Assembly (NCBI GenBank): GCA_973895155.1
Contig: OZ316895.1
Span: 16,844,170 to 16,908,169 of the forward strand
DNA from: Marsupella aquatica
Lineage: Eukaryota > Plantae > Marchantiophyta
DNA: 64,000 nt
Direction: 5' to 3'
This document shows, one piece after another, positions 1 through 12,834 of the stretch (position 1 is the stretch's first letter; every line of letters begins with the position of its first letter). Under the pieces are notes generated by a model. The model did not search any database. It was given only the letters and a program-made list of their open reading frames with translations, and was not told the DNA's origin. Made by a program: the position numbers and the translations under genes.

Positions 1-864
1 TATTTGTCGGTTGGCAATAAATCTTTTGTTTTTCTATTTAAAAATATACATATAGATAACAAGTTACAATTCCCATGCAACCAAGCTGAGATCATGGGTG
101 AGATCATAGACTTTAACTGTTTTGTTTTTTGTGAAGTAGGATGCTTGGTAGGAGAGCTAGGTACTAGCACACTCAGTGCAACGAGGAAACCAGAGTACTA
201 GACTGTAAATGTCAGAAGAATGGTTTAGAAGAAATTTAAAAAATCGCTCCCAGAATCTTACAAATCTTAGTCACCAGATTGCATTTGCCTCATTCTGTAG
301 TGTTTACTGTTTTTCCTCCTTGGACCTCTCTTGATTTCTCTTCACTATACTTTGTTTGTCCCTTTTTGTATAAACTTGTCAGATTATCCATTCTTTGAAA
401 GTGAATAGAGATATGGATTAAAAAGTGTAGAACCCTTGATTACAGCAGCTGACTAAAGCTTCTTCAAGTAATTGAAAAAGAGCTGGCCATTTCACCATAT
501 CCTTATCCCTCAACCACAACAGCTGACCTCTTCATATACAACCTCCCTAATCCATCAACTCTCTTCACATGCGACCCGTACTCCACCGACTCTCTTCACA
601 GGCGACCCAACTTCAAACGTGGTTGCACTACTCTCTGCACTACTCCACCCCATCCCCATTTCACCCCCACCCCTAAATTGATTGACCCTCCCTAAGTCCT
701 TGAACATAAACAGAGACCAAGACAATAAAGAATGATGTACTAAAAATGACTATATAGTATTTCTGGTTCATTTTGCCTCATCCTTGTTTTTTGTCCATTG
801 TCTTTGAGTATTAAGGTCAAGAGGCTTCACTTTACACAGTAGCCTTCAAAAGTATTTGCCCTTT

Positions 865-959
865 ATCACTAAGATTATGTCCCTGGCTTTCTCCTGCGCT
901 TTGAGTTTCCTTCACCAAGATTATGACCCTAGCTTTCCCCTTTGCTTTGAGTTTCTTTC
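865..959. repeat. Two-copy tandem duplication, ~47-bp unit
   Basis: (T)CAC(T/C)AAGATTATG(T/A)CCCT(G/A)GCTTTC..GCTTTGAGTTTC occurs twice head-to-tail. Confidence 0.8.
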
Positions 960-1269
960 GCCTTAAACAAAGACTGAAATGTATGGAAAATGGAAACTTA
1001 CAAACTTAAATATCAAGGGAAAAGGTCAAAAGGTCAAATACCTAGTATCTAAGGAGAAATATTGAAATTTTCAGTCCTTCAGACAAAATTTTGGATTATG
1101 CTTGTGGAGTTTGGGTATTCTAAGAAACATTTATGTAAAGGACTGATTTAGCAGTGTATTTATTGGCTGACTTTTAATAGATAAAATCCCAAAACTATTT
1201 ATGGGGTTGCGCCATGTTTTGAAAATACAAAGTATGATAATTTCAAGCACGGCATGTGGATACATGATC

Positions 1270-1550
1270 CAGCGTCTTTTCTAGAGGCAAAAATTCACCA
1301 GATTCTACCACCTCCCCAAAAAGCTTTGCCACTTTTCGCAAAAATCGGCTAAGCTTCTTTGCCGCATTAGCCAGTGTTGCACCTAATCACAGGCACCTTT
1401 AGCCTTAATCTAATGGTCATTCTTAAATCTATGGAGATTTGACGGTCAGAAAAATATTACAGAAAAATCAGATAACAAATATTTTGAGCATCTTCTCCTT
1501 CTTCACAGAGGCGACATTGGCCAATCCGACAAAAAAGGTAAAAACTTTAA
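1270..1550 (+). mobile_element. Terminal segment of a degenerate dispersed DNA-transposon-like (hAT-like) repeat, copy 1
   Basis: Starts CAGCGTCTTTTCTAGAGGCAAAAATT. Aligns by eye over ~270 bp with 48658-48925 (+) and 12510-12777 (-), sharing blocks such as ATTAGCCAGTGTT.CACCTAATC, GGAGAT.TGACGGTCAG and TTTTGAGCATCTTCTCCTT. The hAT assignment is inferred only from the YAG-type terminus; no TSD found. Confidence 0.6.
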
Positions 1551-3698
1551 ACGATTATGCTGAGGCTGACCTCGTCATCTCTAACACATAGGCAGGCTGA
1601 TAATCATTTGTAGTTCACTTCCAAACCAAGAATAAGGGCTCCCAGCCTGCCACCACAAAAAACTTGAATCCATAGATCAAGACAGAATAGGCCAACCCGG
1701 ACAAGTCATTAATGTACGAGTGTACTTTGGCGGCCTGTAAGACGAGTAAATGTATTCACGCACTACTCTAGCTCCAACCAATTATTCCATCCAAAGAAAT
1801 TAAAGACCAACGTCCACACTCCACAGGCTATATAAACGGCTGGTTCATATCATAATTGGCGTCAATTTTGGCTTCCACTCAATGACTTCAGAGAAAATGT
1901 CGCCGTCATTTCCCTCACCACTTTATTTTGGTACCGTGGAGCAGGTATAACTTCTGGATAACCGGCCTGTTTACTATTTTGGAAGCTTGGTTCTCACATT
2001 CATCATGAGCTGTGTTTTTTCATGTGGTTTGTTTTTCTTGTTCCTTTGGGAAGGTCCTTTTTCTCTAACTAAGGGCCATCCTTCAAAGAAATAAAGAAAA
2101 CAAGGGTCATCATCCTTGGCGTATCTGGTGTACATTGTAGGGTGGCTTTACAAAGGTCTTTCTAGACCTTATAATGCATGGTAATAACTGTAGTTAGGTT
2201 TACAAGACCTCGAGGGCTCATTCAAGTCTGGTGTCTACTCATGATAAATGTCAAGCAATGGGCACAAGTGATGTGAAGTGCTTAGTGTGTATAAGAGTTC
2301 AATAATCTCCATAGGTGGTCCAAACTTTGGCTCTGGCTCAATCCTTCATAAGGGCCTTGTACTAATTTAAATTCACTAATGTATTAAAGTTCATTTTTAT
2401 ATTCTTGGGTCCGGAGTCTATGTTCTGAACAAGAAGTGGCCATATACTTTATTTTGGTGAAAAAAGTCACTGTGAAGCCATTTATAGGACCATCTGGCAT
2501 GTGTGTGAATCCACCTATTTAAGTAAAGTGGCAGGTTTGTAATTCAAGAGGGCTTGTGCAGTTCCATGGGGACGAGAAAAAAGATGGACATGAAGCTCCC
2601 TACCCATCTCTACAATGCACCTAAAGGCAAAGCAAGGCCAAACTTATGTCCCAATGGTGCCTTTTCATGTCTCAAGTTCAAGTCCACTGGTCTCACTGGG
2701 TATGGGGGAGGATTTGCATGTGGGTTTGACAAGTGTGCATTGGGAATGACTTGAATTAGGTAATTCCATTTCCAAAACAGAAAAGGCAAAATAATGTTGA
2801 CCCTGAAAAAAATGAGCTATCCATGAGCAGGTGAATGGGGTCCTTGGAGGACCAAACTCACTTTCCTTTTTATGTGTGGGGCAGTATTTTTTGTGAAGGC
2901 CATGTGGCGAGTTCGTGATTGCATTCTCTAAAACTTACTTTCGTTTTTAGGAGGAAACCACTTTAGAGCAAGCCGCCCAATTGGCTGCTACTGTAGGCCA
3001 GGATAGTACCCCCAAATATTAAATTTTTTTTGCTTTCATAGAGCGTGGCGAAAAGCACATTTAAATTTCCACAAACAGTTTATTTTATTCCTTGATGTCC
3101 ATAGTTGGGGTGCACTCCTTTAGTCTCGAAAGGGATGATAAGATTTCAAAGAGTATTATTAATCAGTTAACTTGACCTTACAGGGGTCCACTCCACCTTT
3201 AAGAATATGCTTCAAAGTCTCACCACTCATTGAACGTGAGCCCTCATGAGTGCCATTGTAAGTTGCTACCACTAGACCACTAGTATATTTGGCTTGCAAA
3301 GGGATACAAAGACTACATTAGCGGGTCATGTGAAAACCTAGCACAGTTGCCCTATTGCAAGACAGGCCTCATAATCATACGAGAATTGTTCTGAACTTAA
3401 TATACGTTTGGAAGGGCTCAAAATCCTAGGAAGCTCTGTTTCACTTAAGGTTTAAGGTATATTTGGAAGGACTCACAATCACAAGAGAATTTATTAGCTT
3501 ACATTAAAAAGATTTACCTATTGATTTGTTTAATAGTTTTATATAATGTGCTTGAATAGGTTCGAATAGTGAAGTTTGGGAGATGAGAAAGATACTGTTG
3601 CCTATATCTGTTTTAAATGTTGACTAGGTATGCGTCTATCTTGTCGTGCTCCACAACTTGACATTGGCTTGCAGCTGTTCTTTTCTCTTTGCACTCGT

Positions 3699-3918
3699 AT
3701 AAATGATGTATCACACTGCCAAAGAACACAAAATGCCAAAATGGGGAGACAGGGTCCCAAATCCCAGAGACCAATAAAGGGGAGAAAACAACAAGGGGAG
3801 ATAAATGATGTATCACACTGCCAAAGAACAAAAAGTGCCAAAGAACAAAAAGTGCCAAATGGGGAGACAGGGTCCCAAATCCCAGAGACCAATAAAGGGG
3901 ACAAAACAACAAGGGGAG
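3699..3918. repeat. Near-identical tandem duplication, ~102-118 bp unit
   Basis: ATAAATGATGTATCACACTGCCAAAGAAC...GGGGAGACAGGGTCCCAAATCCCAGAGACCAATAAAGGGGA.AAAACAACAAGGGGAG starts at 3699 and again at 3801; the second copy has an extra internal TGCCAAAGAACAAAAAG. Confidence 0.92.
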
Positions 3919-4890
3919 AACAAGGAAAGAGCAATATGACCTTTACCAGCCTGATCATGGCCTTCACCAGTTCTGGTAATGGTGGTGAAGGAGATGCTCT
4001 TATGTCATTTGAAGGCTAAGTGAAAGATCTGTCGCTCACAGTGGTTGTGGTGAAGCAAAGTTTTGGCTACACTTGTGGATTAATGTCACCTAGGATAAAA
4101 CTTTACATGCGTTTTCAACATTTTTCCTCCCAGTGGAAGGGTGTCCCAGGTTAGGCCTCAACGTCCTTGGCCCTAGGATGCATGAATTCGTGTACATAAG
4201 CCCAATCCCTCTTTACCTTATTGTTAGTAACTCTGATTTCAAACTTGCACTGATTAGGGGCTAACATTAAATGCTCTGAAGGGTTTGTAGTGACCTTAGG
4301 TAGTCAACAGAGGAGGCATCTGCAATTAATCTTCAAGAAAAAGGGGAGCATCTCTGGCCTTTCCACGACAAAAGAAAGCCAGACAGGAAGCATAAACTTT
4401 TAGATCGTGGTCCATGATTGGGAAGTAGAAATTCAGGAGAAATTCTGGTCATTCATCCTCAGCAAAAGCTTGATATGCTGCATCTATGAAAGTTCATCTC
4501 TGTGAAAGCATATCTATGAAAGTTCTTCAACCATCTATGAGAGCTCTATGATATGCAAGAAAGTCTGACAAAAGAAAGCTGAACTCATCTATGAACAGTT
4601 CACAGAGCTCCAGCTCATAATTGAAGTGCATTCTTCACCAGCCGAGAAAGCAAAGACCAAAGTGACTGGAACGAGAAATCGGTGCCAGGTTAGACTCATG
4701 AGGACAGACAGTGCAGGACAAGCTAGTCTAGTAGCAGCTACCTGGTAATGTTTCTATATCCACTGAATGCTGATGTGAGGAAAGTTTTCAGCACATTTTG
4801 CATCAATTCTAAAAGAGCTTCGGTGGCAGTGAAGGTGCTTGCTTCCACCGAACCGAAAAATTACAGTTGCCCAGTGGAAGAAACGCTTTC

Positions 4891-5085
4891 TTCTCCAATT
4901 ACTATGTAGATCCAATCGATTAATCTGCTTGTCAGGAAATCTATCCTTTTCCTCCTTGCGCAGAAGAGATACGAAAAGACGGGACAAACTCTTTTATTCT
5001 CCAATTACTGTGTAGATCCAATCGATTGGTCGGCTTGTGACAGAATGGATTCTCCCCCTTGCGCACAAGAGATACGAAAAGAGAC
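4891..5085. repeat. Diverged tandem duplication, ~107-bp period
   Basis: TTCTCCAATTACT(A/G)TGTAGATCCAATCGATT...CCTTGCGCA(G/C)AAGAGATACGAAAAGA at ~4891 and ~4998. Confidence 0.8.
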
Positions 5086-5218
5086 ACGAGCAATTGAGAC
5101 TGCAATGTATGCAGGCTGAAGTACAGTAGTCCCGTGGACAGGATGTAGATTTTTATGCCTTAGACTTTCGTACTGGCAGTTTTCCTTACCATTCAACTAT
5201 TCTTGGCTCGTTTGATTA

Positions 5219-5457
5219 GGCTTATGTGAAGCCATTTGCCTGGGCTTCACACTTCGTGCCACATTTGTACCGCAGGCAATGATTCTCAAGCCTTGATCTG
5301 GGATTTGTCGATAATGACCACACCTGTGGAGAGTGGCCTCGACGCCATTCTGGCATACACAGCCAGGCAGAGATCAAGCAGCTGCAACTGTCTACTACAC
5401 AGCTTGATTGGGTGGCCATTGCCATCACATAAAAGTTGGAAGATTCTCAGGGTGTGA
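5219..5457 (+). pseudogene. 3'-terminal fragment of a WD40 gene of the LWD1/TTG1/AN11 (DCAF7) family, frameshifted
   Basis: Reads [33 protein letters not shown], then in another frame [19 protein letters not shown], then KILRV-stop. This matches the conserved family C-terminus ([16 protein letters not shown]...LAYTAGAEI.QLQWS...DWVAIAF..KLQILRV). At least two frameshifts; no upstream WD repeats visible. Confidence 0.88.
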
Positions 5458-8317
5458 AATGTGAGCAATCAATTCTTCGGTTACAAGAGCCCTAGGGTTG
5501 TAGCTTTATTCTCGATTATGGGGCCTCTGAAGACTCTGCTGTGCTCGCTGGTAATGGAAAAGAGATGGTCGGAAGCGATTCAGATGCTGGCCAGGAAACG
5601 CTAAAATTGAATGCTGGACATACGATCGATTCCTTCAGATGGCCTTTGGGCATTCAGTATTTCTCTGCCATCGCAATTCATGGTTCCGAGATTCGTGTCG
5701 ACCATCTTTTCCTCAGTCTTGGAGATCCAGACAGACGAGTGCCTTTGCAGTTTGATGATTGCCGTGATAATCCGCCCGCTGTCAGTGGAATGGAAGCTTG
5801 GTATAATTATCCTTAGCAGTGAGAACTGTTAGTAAGTTCTACCTGGATGTTACTTGGTTCAAAAGATGCGTGGAAGCAGAAGTGTACTCTGCATCCTTCT
5901 TGGCCAACAAAAACCTGGGCCAGTTGAGTGATAGATCCTGTGTTGAGGTGACAACAGTGTTGCCTTTTGTACATGGTGATCGATAATTCAAAGATGCTCA
6001 GTAGTTCCAAACAACAAGGTGAACGAGACGAATGCATGAGGGACATTTCTACGCCAGTGAATGAAGCTTTCTTGGTGAATTCCCACATGACTAATCAAGG
6101 GTTTTGTATCAACCTTTCAATTACGCGTAAGCAGTGAAGATTCCGTGTGTGGGCCTTTTTGGGACACAGCAGTTTGACATTACGTTCCACCTTCCTCAGA
6201 GCTCTACAGGCAGGTATAAATTTAGAGTACAGTATCAAAGGATTGAATTACGAGGAGGTACAGGGGCTGACATTTAAATAAAAGAGACTCCTAACAAAAT
6301 GAAAATAGACCAGGAGAAGAGGTGCAATCAAAGTTCTTCCTAAAACACAGTATAGCACCGTATGCACATTCCTAACTGTCTGGACCTTATCGTGCAAGGG
6401 ACTACAGAAATGGGAAGTCTCGGATTTGCGTTGAGATATATAAGTAAAATAGATGAATTGAGTTCTGTGTAGGCCAGCCCCGCATATGTTGTGATTTATG
6501 GAAATAAAAGACACGGATGAGGGGGGATAATAATACATGACCAGATGGACACGGAGAGAAGCAGCTAGTACACACAGGCTTGATGAAAAGTATGGTTCTG
6601 AAAGACAACAAATGCTCATTTACTTATCGAATGACACCAAGAGGAGGAATCCTACTAAAGATACACATGGACCATCTAAATGACTGCAACGCATTTCCAC
6701 GACTGACTCTTCATAGTCTTCATTATGTAAGGAAAGTAATGTCATACCCTTTTCCAACGGCGAGGGCACTTTCCACGAGATATGGGGTCATGATAGCCGT
6801 CTTTAGGAGAATAGGAATCTAAGAGAAGTTCCACAATGTCCAGAAACCTTAGTTCAAACCGAGCTTGAGTCTCGGTGAGAAACATCTGAGATTTTGTATC
6901 AGATTCGTTAACGAACGCATGAGGGACATTTCTACGCAAGTGAATAAAGCATCCCTTTGTTGCATTGAACTGACTTTTCTCAACATTTGATTGCAGCTCC
7001 CCATCAAGAATTTGTGGAAATCCAAGCGTGCACGATAACCTGCAAGAATCTCGACACGTCAGGCAAAGTAAAACCAAGGCGACCTACCAGAGCAGAGAGA
7101 AGGCTGGATCTTGGCATAACTCAGGACACTCATTTCTTGCAATGGATTAAGTAAGAAGTTCCGACTGACCCAAGCACAGCCAGCAACCTTTGAACTACTC
7201 CTGTTTCCAATTGAACAGCACCCTCTCAGATATAGTACTATTTCTCTCTACCAGTTCTTCAGGAATGCTCAGCTGGAATGCAGGATTTGCAGTAAAAAGC
7301 AGCGAAGCTACCCTCGACTGCCAGCTATGAGAGGGCTTGATTATACGATTCAAGAAGTATTGTCCCGGCCTTATTCACATCCAACTTTCTCGAAAAGCGA
7401 TTTATTTTCTGAGGAAAGAGGTCTTCGGAAGGAGGCCTGAGGACATTAGAAACACTTGGAAAATCTGATCAGACAAAATTCCACAATCTTTTACACCAAA
7501 CACTTCAAGCTTGCTGACGTTAATGCCAGTTTCCAATGATCCTTACAGAGTGCGTGTCTTCTTCTTATTCCATCAGGGAGAATCAACATCCTCTAACATG
7601 CACTGATTTCCGTTTCACTTCAGAGTGACAAGATATCAAAGCCAATTAAGCCCACTCTTGCAAATCCATCGAAAGTTACGCAGCCGACTGATTTCAGTCA
7701 GTGATCCATTAAACAAACAGTCTGCGTCCTTAATCTGAGCATCTCAGAAACAAGTAGCATCTAGCTTTCTCACTCTACAATAAGATTCCAAATCAGCCAA
7801 ACCCAGTCTCAAGCCCTTCCACAATTTTCATTCAATCAGAGTTCCTTCTGTTACGATGACACAGCGGAAATAAGCTTACAATGCAAATAAGGTGCAAAGG
7901 CGAAAGAAGGCCTAATCCACCCTGCAAGGATCCAGAAAGCACCATAAATGGAGAGGTTCATAGATGAGACAAGAATTTTATTCAGTGACAAAATTTTGTA
8001 AACATCCGCTGGATACTTCGTCGAAACATTCAAAATCCTATCTATATTTCACAACACCAATTCATCTACTTCATCCACGAACTGGTCTTCGACCTCCGTC
8101 CAAGCAATCCGAGACCCGCAACCTGCTTGCTCTTCCCAAACCCCTTGCTCCGCATAAGAGCAGCTGCTGCAATTTTCGAGTCTGCTCAGGTCCCGTTACA
8201 TGAACCTGCTTTCTCTTCCAAATCCCATGTTCCGCAGAATAGGCCGGCTGCAGTTCTAGCCTCTGCTCAAGTCCCCTCACCTATCTTAACAATGGCAGCA
8301 AGCCATGCGCCACCACT

Positions 8318-8515
8318 TCACCGAAGCCTCCTGGCCTCCCTCTCAGATTCGAGGAGGGTGAGGATGTCACCTTCGCGGACGGGGCCTTTGACGTTCCTCA
8401 TAATGAGACGATTCTGGTCGTCCAAGAACTTCACACGCACCTGCGTCACTTGTCCTCTCGACCCTGTGCGGCCGATCACCTTCATCACAATCGCGAGCTT
8501 CACTTGCGTATCCAT
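8318..8515 (-). CDS. RPS28: 40S ribosomal protein S28 (eS28), 65 aa, uninterrupted CDS
   Basis: [65 protein letters not shown] is the canonical plant eS28 sequence; GCCGCCATGG start context; CT-rich leader at 8570-8625. Confidence 0.98.
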   Translation of the reverse strand: MDTQVKLAIVMKVIGRTGSRGQVTQVRVKFLDDQNRLIMRNVKGPVREGDILTLLESEREARRLR

Positions 8516-8685
8516 GGCGGCACGAGCTGCTGGTCAATCGAGCAGGAACCCAAACAAATCGAGTCGGCGGGCGAGAGAGAGGAGAGAGCGAGAGAGCGAT
8601 TTGCGCGAGAGAAAAAGGAAGAACAATGTGATTCACGACAGACTCCTGAAGCGAAGTGTGATTCGATCGACGTTGTTCGTTCTCA

Positions 8686-8694
8686 AAACCCTAA
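8686..8694. promoter_or_regulatory. Telo-box (AAACCCTAA) upstream of RPS28
   Basis: Exact motif ~170 bp upstream of the ATG; telo-boxes are an established element of plant ribosomal-protein genes. Confidence 0.65.
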
Positions 8695-8788
8695 CGGAGG
8701 AGCGAACTGACTACAGTCGGCTCTTCGTAAGTGCACACTTCACAAGTGCAAATCCCGGCGATTCTTTCCGACCATTTTGTTATAACTA

Positions 8789-9172
8789 CCAGGTTTCACA
8801 ATCAATAGTATTCATTTTCTAAAATAAGGTACAATTAGGACCCCTGAAGTTTTGGGAACGTTAAATCACATTTTGGAAAGGTCAATCAACTACTGTCTGG
8901 ATAACTAAAGGGTACTATCAAGTAACATATTTTATTTTGGGTCCCATCAAACAAGCTAGTGATTTGCATGGTGGGACCCCAAAATGAATTGCTTTATTTG
9001 ATAGGACCCCTGAAATTTTGGGAACGTTAATTCAAGGTCAATCAATGGTCTGGGTCATTCAGGGGTCTTATCAAGTAACAAGTTTCAATTTGAGGTCCCA
9101 TGAAGCAAATCCCTCCTAGCCATGACAACACCTGGATCTCCAGGTCTCACCATTAATAGTATTCATTTTCTA
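8789..9172. repeat. Patchwork of direct and short inverted repeats (MITE/subterminal-like)
   Basis: GGACCCCTGAA(G/A)TTTTGGGAACGTTAA at ~8838 and ~9004; GGTCCCA and TGGGACC motifs in both orientations; bracketed by two copies of CCAGGT.TCAC.AT.AATAGTATTCATTTTCTA. Confidence 0.55.
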
Positions 9173-9369
9173 TTGTGGGGCAAAATGGCTCATCTTCTGA
9201 ATTTGTGGAACAAAATGACAGGGTAAAGTGAAGCAATTCATAGTAATAGTTTTCTAAAATTGTGGAGAAAAATGGTGCTATAGAGGAAATCAATGAGTGG
9301 AATGTGAAAAAGAGAGAAGTCTTGGACTCTGCCCCATTTTTATATGGCTAGTGGTGGTAGAAGATTCAG

Positions 9370-9940
9370 GAGGGCTCCACTGGATGACATAGATGTAAGT
9401 GCAAATCCTTATGGCTAGGTCAGCTCGTTCAAAATGCACACTCCATAAGTGCAGTTTTTGCTTACATTCTGGACCAGTTTGCACTCTTAATAAGTTCAAA
9501 GAGGGCTCTGCCAAAGAACACATATGTATTAAGTGCAAATCCCTATGACTGTGGTTGCCTTGTCCTTAAGTGCAAACCCTGGCAGTTCTTCCATTTTTCC
9601 TGACCGTTTTGCACTTTTTATAAGTTCAAAGAGGGCTCCACCAAACAAAAAAGATTTAAGTGCAAAACCCTGTGACTACAGTAGGTTGTTCCTTAGTGTA
9701 AACCCTGGCTGTTTCCCCCCTTTCTTTGACCATTTTGCACTATTTGTCATTTTTATAAGTGCAAAGAGGGCTCCACTAAATAACAAATATGTAAGTCAAA
9801 AATCCTCTAGACTAGGGTTGGTTCTTCATAAGGGCACAGTACATAGGTGGGAATCCTGGTGGGTTTCCTCCTTTTTCCCAAACCATTTCACAATTTTAAT
9901 GTGCAAAGAGGGCACCACTAAACCACAAATATGTGAGTGT
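9370..9940. repeat. Degenerate tandem array, ~130-140 bp unit, ~4.5 copies
   Basis: GAGGGC(T/A)C.(A/G)C...TAAGTGCAAA.CC anchors at ~9370, 9501, 9631, 9766 and 9908. Confidence 0.75.
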
Positions 9941-12235
9941 GTATGTAGGGTAATTGTACACTTACACCAATTAAGAGACAGAAACGCCATACACCACATT
10001 CACTCCCCTCTGCACTGGACACTCACACCAATTATACTATCCTTGATGGTCCTATAGTTAGAAACTTGAATCCTACCAGCACTTTAACACCAATTATACC
10101 TTAGTTAGTTTGTTTAATATGCTCCCATTATTAAAAACCTGGTGCAGCATCCAGGTTTAAGAGATAGATAGTGACAGTTTGTGGGTCAGAGCATACAATC
10201 CTATGTGAAACTCTGACGGACAAGTGCATACAATTTTATGATAGAGTTCATGTTGCGTTTATGAGATAGTTGAGTAGTTTATTATAGGGATGTCCACCCA
10301 TGCTTTAGCAAAGGCACAAGAATCCTACTTGAACATGAGATGGCAACTTCTTGAATGTGAAAAGGAACAAAGGGAAGGGAATGACTGAATGTCTTCGCAC
10401 TCTAGCGGCATGACAAATCATCATGTTACTAACTTGTAAGTGCAAGTTTGAAAATGTAACTGTGCTTATCACTTAGTGCAAGCGCCGGGCTACTTCTTGG
10501 GAGTGTGCACTTAGGAAGAGTAGGCTGTACAGAGATTAGAGTAGTGTTGGGGGCAGGGTGATTTATTTATCAAGTAAGGTGAAATCACAAGGTCACCCAA
10601 CAAGTTAGAAAATTTCCCTCATGGACCTACTCTAAAAGTTTTACAAAATGTCCAGATGAACACAGACAATATTCAGATAATACACTTCATTAATTGACAC
10701 GGTTCTTATTTCTGAAAACGATGAATGACAAACTTTGACTTTCAGTATCTTCCTTGATATCTAACTGAATTGGCTGTTCTTGGGCTCATTAGAAGCTGCT
10801 TTGAAGGATCATTTTAACAAGTCTGATACAGCTAGTTTCCATAAAAATTTGAGAGAACCATGGATCTGTAAAGGTTATTCAACCACACTTCACACTGTCT
10901 TGGGAAAGTTTTTGAGCAGTTATTTAAGTTCTACTCTTAATGTCTCTCTCGATATCCAACTTACATATGGCATTGGCTGTTCTTGGGCTTGTTAAAAGTG
11001 ACTTGGAAAGAACTTTCCAAAGATGAGGGTCTCATGTTCTTGTCATATTTCGCATCAGTGTAGTATGTACCATATGAGCAGGAAGGAGATTTCAATGCGG
11101 TCTAAGTATCCTGGTTGTGAAAGTTTATCAGAGCACTTTGGCAAACATGGAGGTCCATCCTGGTCACAGATTCTCGTTTTTAACCTCACCCTTTGTTAAT
11201 CAAATTCTGATTTGCTAAAGTTAGTTACGATCCATTCATCAATGGCTTTGCCCTCTTGGAGCATCTTCATCCATTACTGGTTGGTCTACTGTAAGGCTAT
11301 GTGACCAAATCCAGTAAGGTTGGGCAAAACAATCATCCCCAATGGGTTATTGGAAAGCCATTTAGTTGTTAGCTTAGTGGCCCGCCTGGTAGGTTTTTGT
11401 TAGTGGAATTGTACTTGAGAGAAACTATAGCATGTTGACTGACATAGGATTCATTAGGGTTGTCCAAGATATAATTATTAGTATCCAATTGTGCCTCAAT
11501 GAGGAGATAGGAAAAAACCCAATAACCACTCGGCTCGAATTTGGCATACCCCACTTCTTACGTACAGTATACTAAAAAAGTAAACCCGTTACGCTATATG
11601 TTTAATGTGTTTAGTAAAGAAGTAGAATGAAGCATTGGAGTTGCTCTTAGAGTATATACATGCTCTAGATATATTCTTACTTACAACACTAGATGAGTTG
11701 GTGTCCTCTCTAGACCTCTGTTGTTTTTCTCCATTGTACTTTGTTTGACCCTTTTCATTAAATTTGTATTTCTCCTTCATTTGTTGTGAGACCTATCTTG
11801 CTATTTTTCATTGTCCTTTGTTAACCCACTTTTTACTATCAAATCCACCAAACTGGTCCCTCAAAAATTAATTTAATTATCAGGTTGGTAGACTTAACGC
11901 AACTGTATTTACCTGAGAATGATGGACATACTATTGGTTTATGGACCATATGGAAGCTCACAATTCATCCATTCTCACCCCTTCAACCTGAACCAGGTTC
12001 CCTATTGGACACTCAAGGGGCTTTACAAGATGGTCTGGGCCATTCAGTGTATGTCCATTAAAAGCAAATCCAAGGGCCAGCTGCATCCTCTAAAGTTAAA
12101 ATGTCTGAGCCAAATGTGTCAGGTCTAGAGACCCCCAGAATGTGGCTGCTTTGTCATTCTTTTCAACTACGTCAAGAGGTGGTCTAAGTTATTGACAAAT
12201 AAACATACACACATCAGGAAAAAAAGAAACCCACA

Positions 12236-12350
12236 GGGGGCCCACTGGCAAATGACTACATGGGTAATGGTTTTGCTTGATTTTGCCCCCAAGTTCATGT
12301 AAAGTGAAATATGGCCTATTCCTACATTTCAATGGCTAGGATTGCACTTC
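12236..12350 (+). repeat. Dispersed repeat also present at 39564-39681
   Basis: GGGGCCCACT...GGTAATGGTTTTGC...GCCCCCAAGTTCATG..AGTGAA...TGGCCT.TTCC...AATGGCTAGGATTGCA is shared by both loci. Confidence 0.75.
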
Positions 12351-12509
12351 ACACATAGAAAAAAGAGAACAGTTGCCTCCTAGTTCTTGTAAAGCCCCCC
12401 TCACCCAAATATGGGTGTCCAAAGTACTGTCTACAAGCAAAGGCCATAGCAAATTGGTCCCCCAATCACCCCCACTTTTACAGTTGAAGTGTTAGGTTTA
12501 GTGTATTTT

Positions 12510-12777
12510 TAACAGTGTTTTATATTTTGCAGTGGGGCAAATGTCGACCTCTCTGAATGAGAAGATGCTATGAATATGTGCTATCTATTGTTTGTGAATT
12601 ATTTCTTGACCATCAGATCTACCTAGATTTAATGATGACAGTCAGGCGAATAGGGTCTTTCAGTAGGTGTGAAACTGGTTATCCGGATACAAATGATCTA
12701 GCCAATTTTAGCCAAAATTGGCTAAACCATTTTGGGAGGTGTAATCTAGCGAAATTTCGCATCTAAAAAATACGCTG
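12510..12777 (-). mobile_element. hAT-like dispersed terminal repeat, copy 2 (inverted)
   Basis: Reverse complement starts CAGCGTATTTTTTAGATGCGAAATTTCGCTAGATTACACCTCCCAAAA and later has TTAAATCTAGGTAGATCTGATGGTCAAGAAA...AGCATCTTCTC, matching 1270-1550 and 48658-48925. Confidence 0.6.
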
Positions 12778-12834
12778 CTTTATTAGGCTAGTCAAAGTAT
12801 GGTCTTGCATTTGTCTCCAGATCTACTACGTGCC

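Noticed and set aside
3602-4019. Overlapping 99-129 aa ORFs
   Set aside because: Products of the tandem duplication; repeated peptides with no recognisable domain
5541-7077. Short ORFs and a ~45-bp repeat pair (6033/6917) as a gene
   Set aside because: No consistent frame or recognisable motif
8127-8822. 231-aa plus-strand ORF
   Set aside because: Antisense shadow of GC-rich RPS28 and its CT-rich leader
9533-10057. 174-aa ORF
   Set aside because: Runs through the ~135-bp tandem array; no domain
1270-12777. Inverted copies 1 and 2 of the hAT-like end as TIRs of an 11.5-kb element capturing RPS28
   Set aside because: Flanks do not form a TSD (ACATGATC versus CTTTATTA), the copies are quite diverged, and other unpaired copies exist
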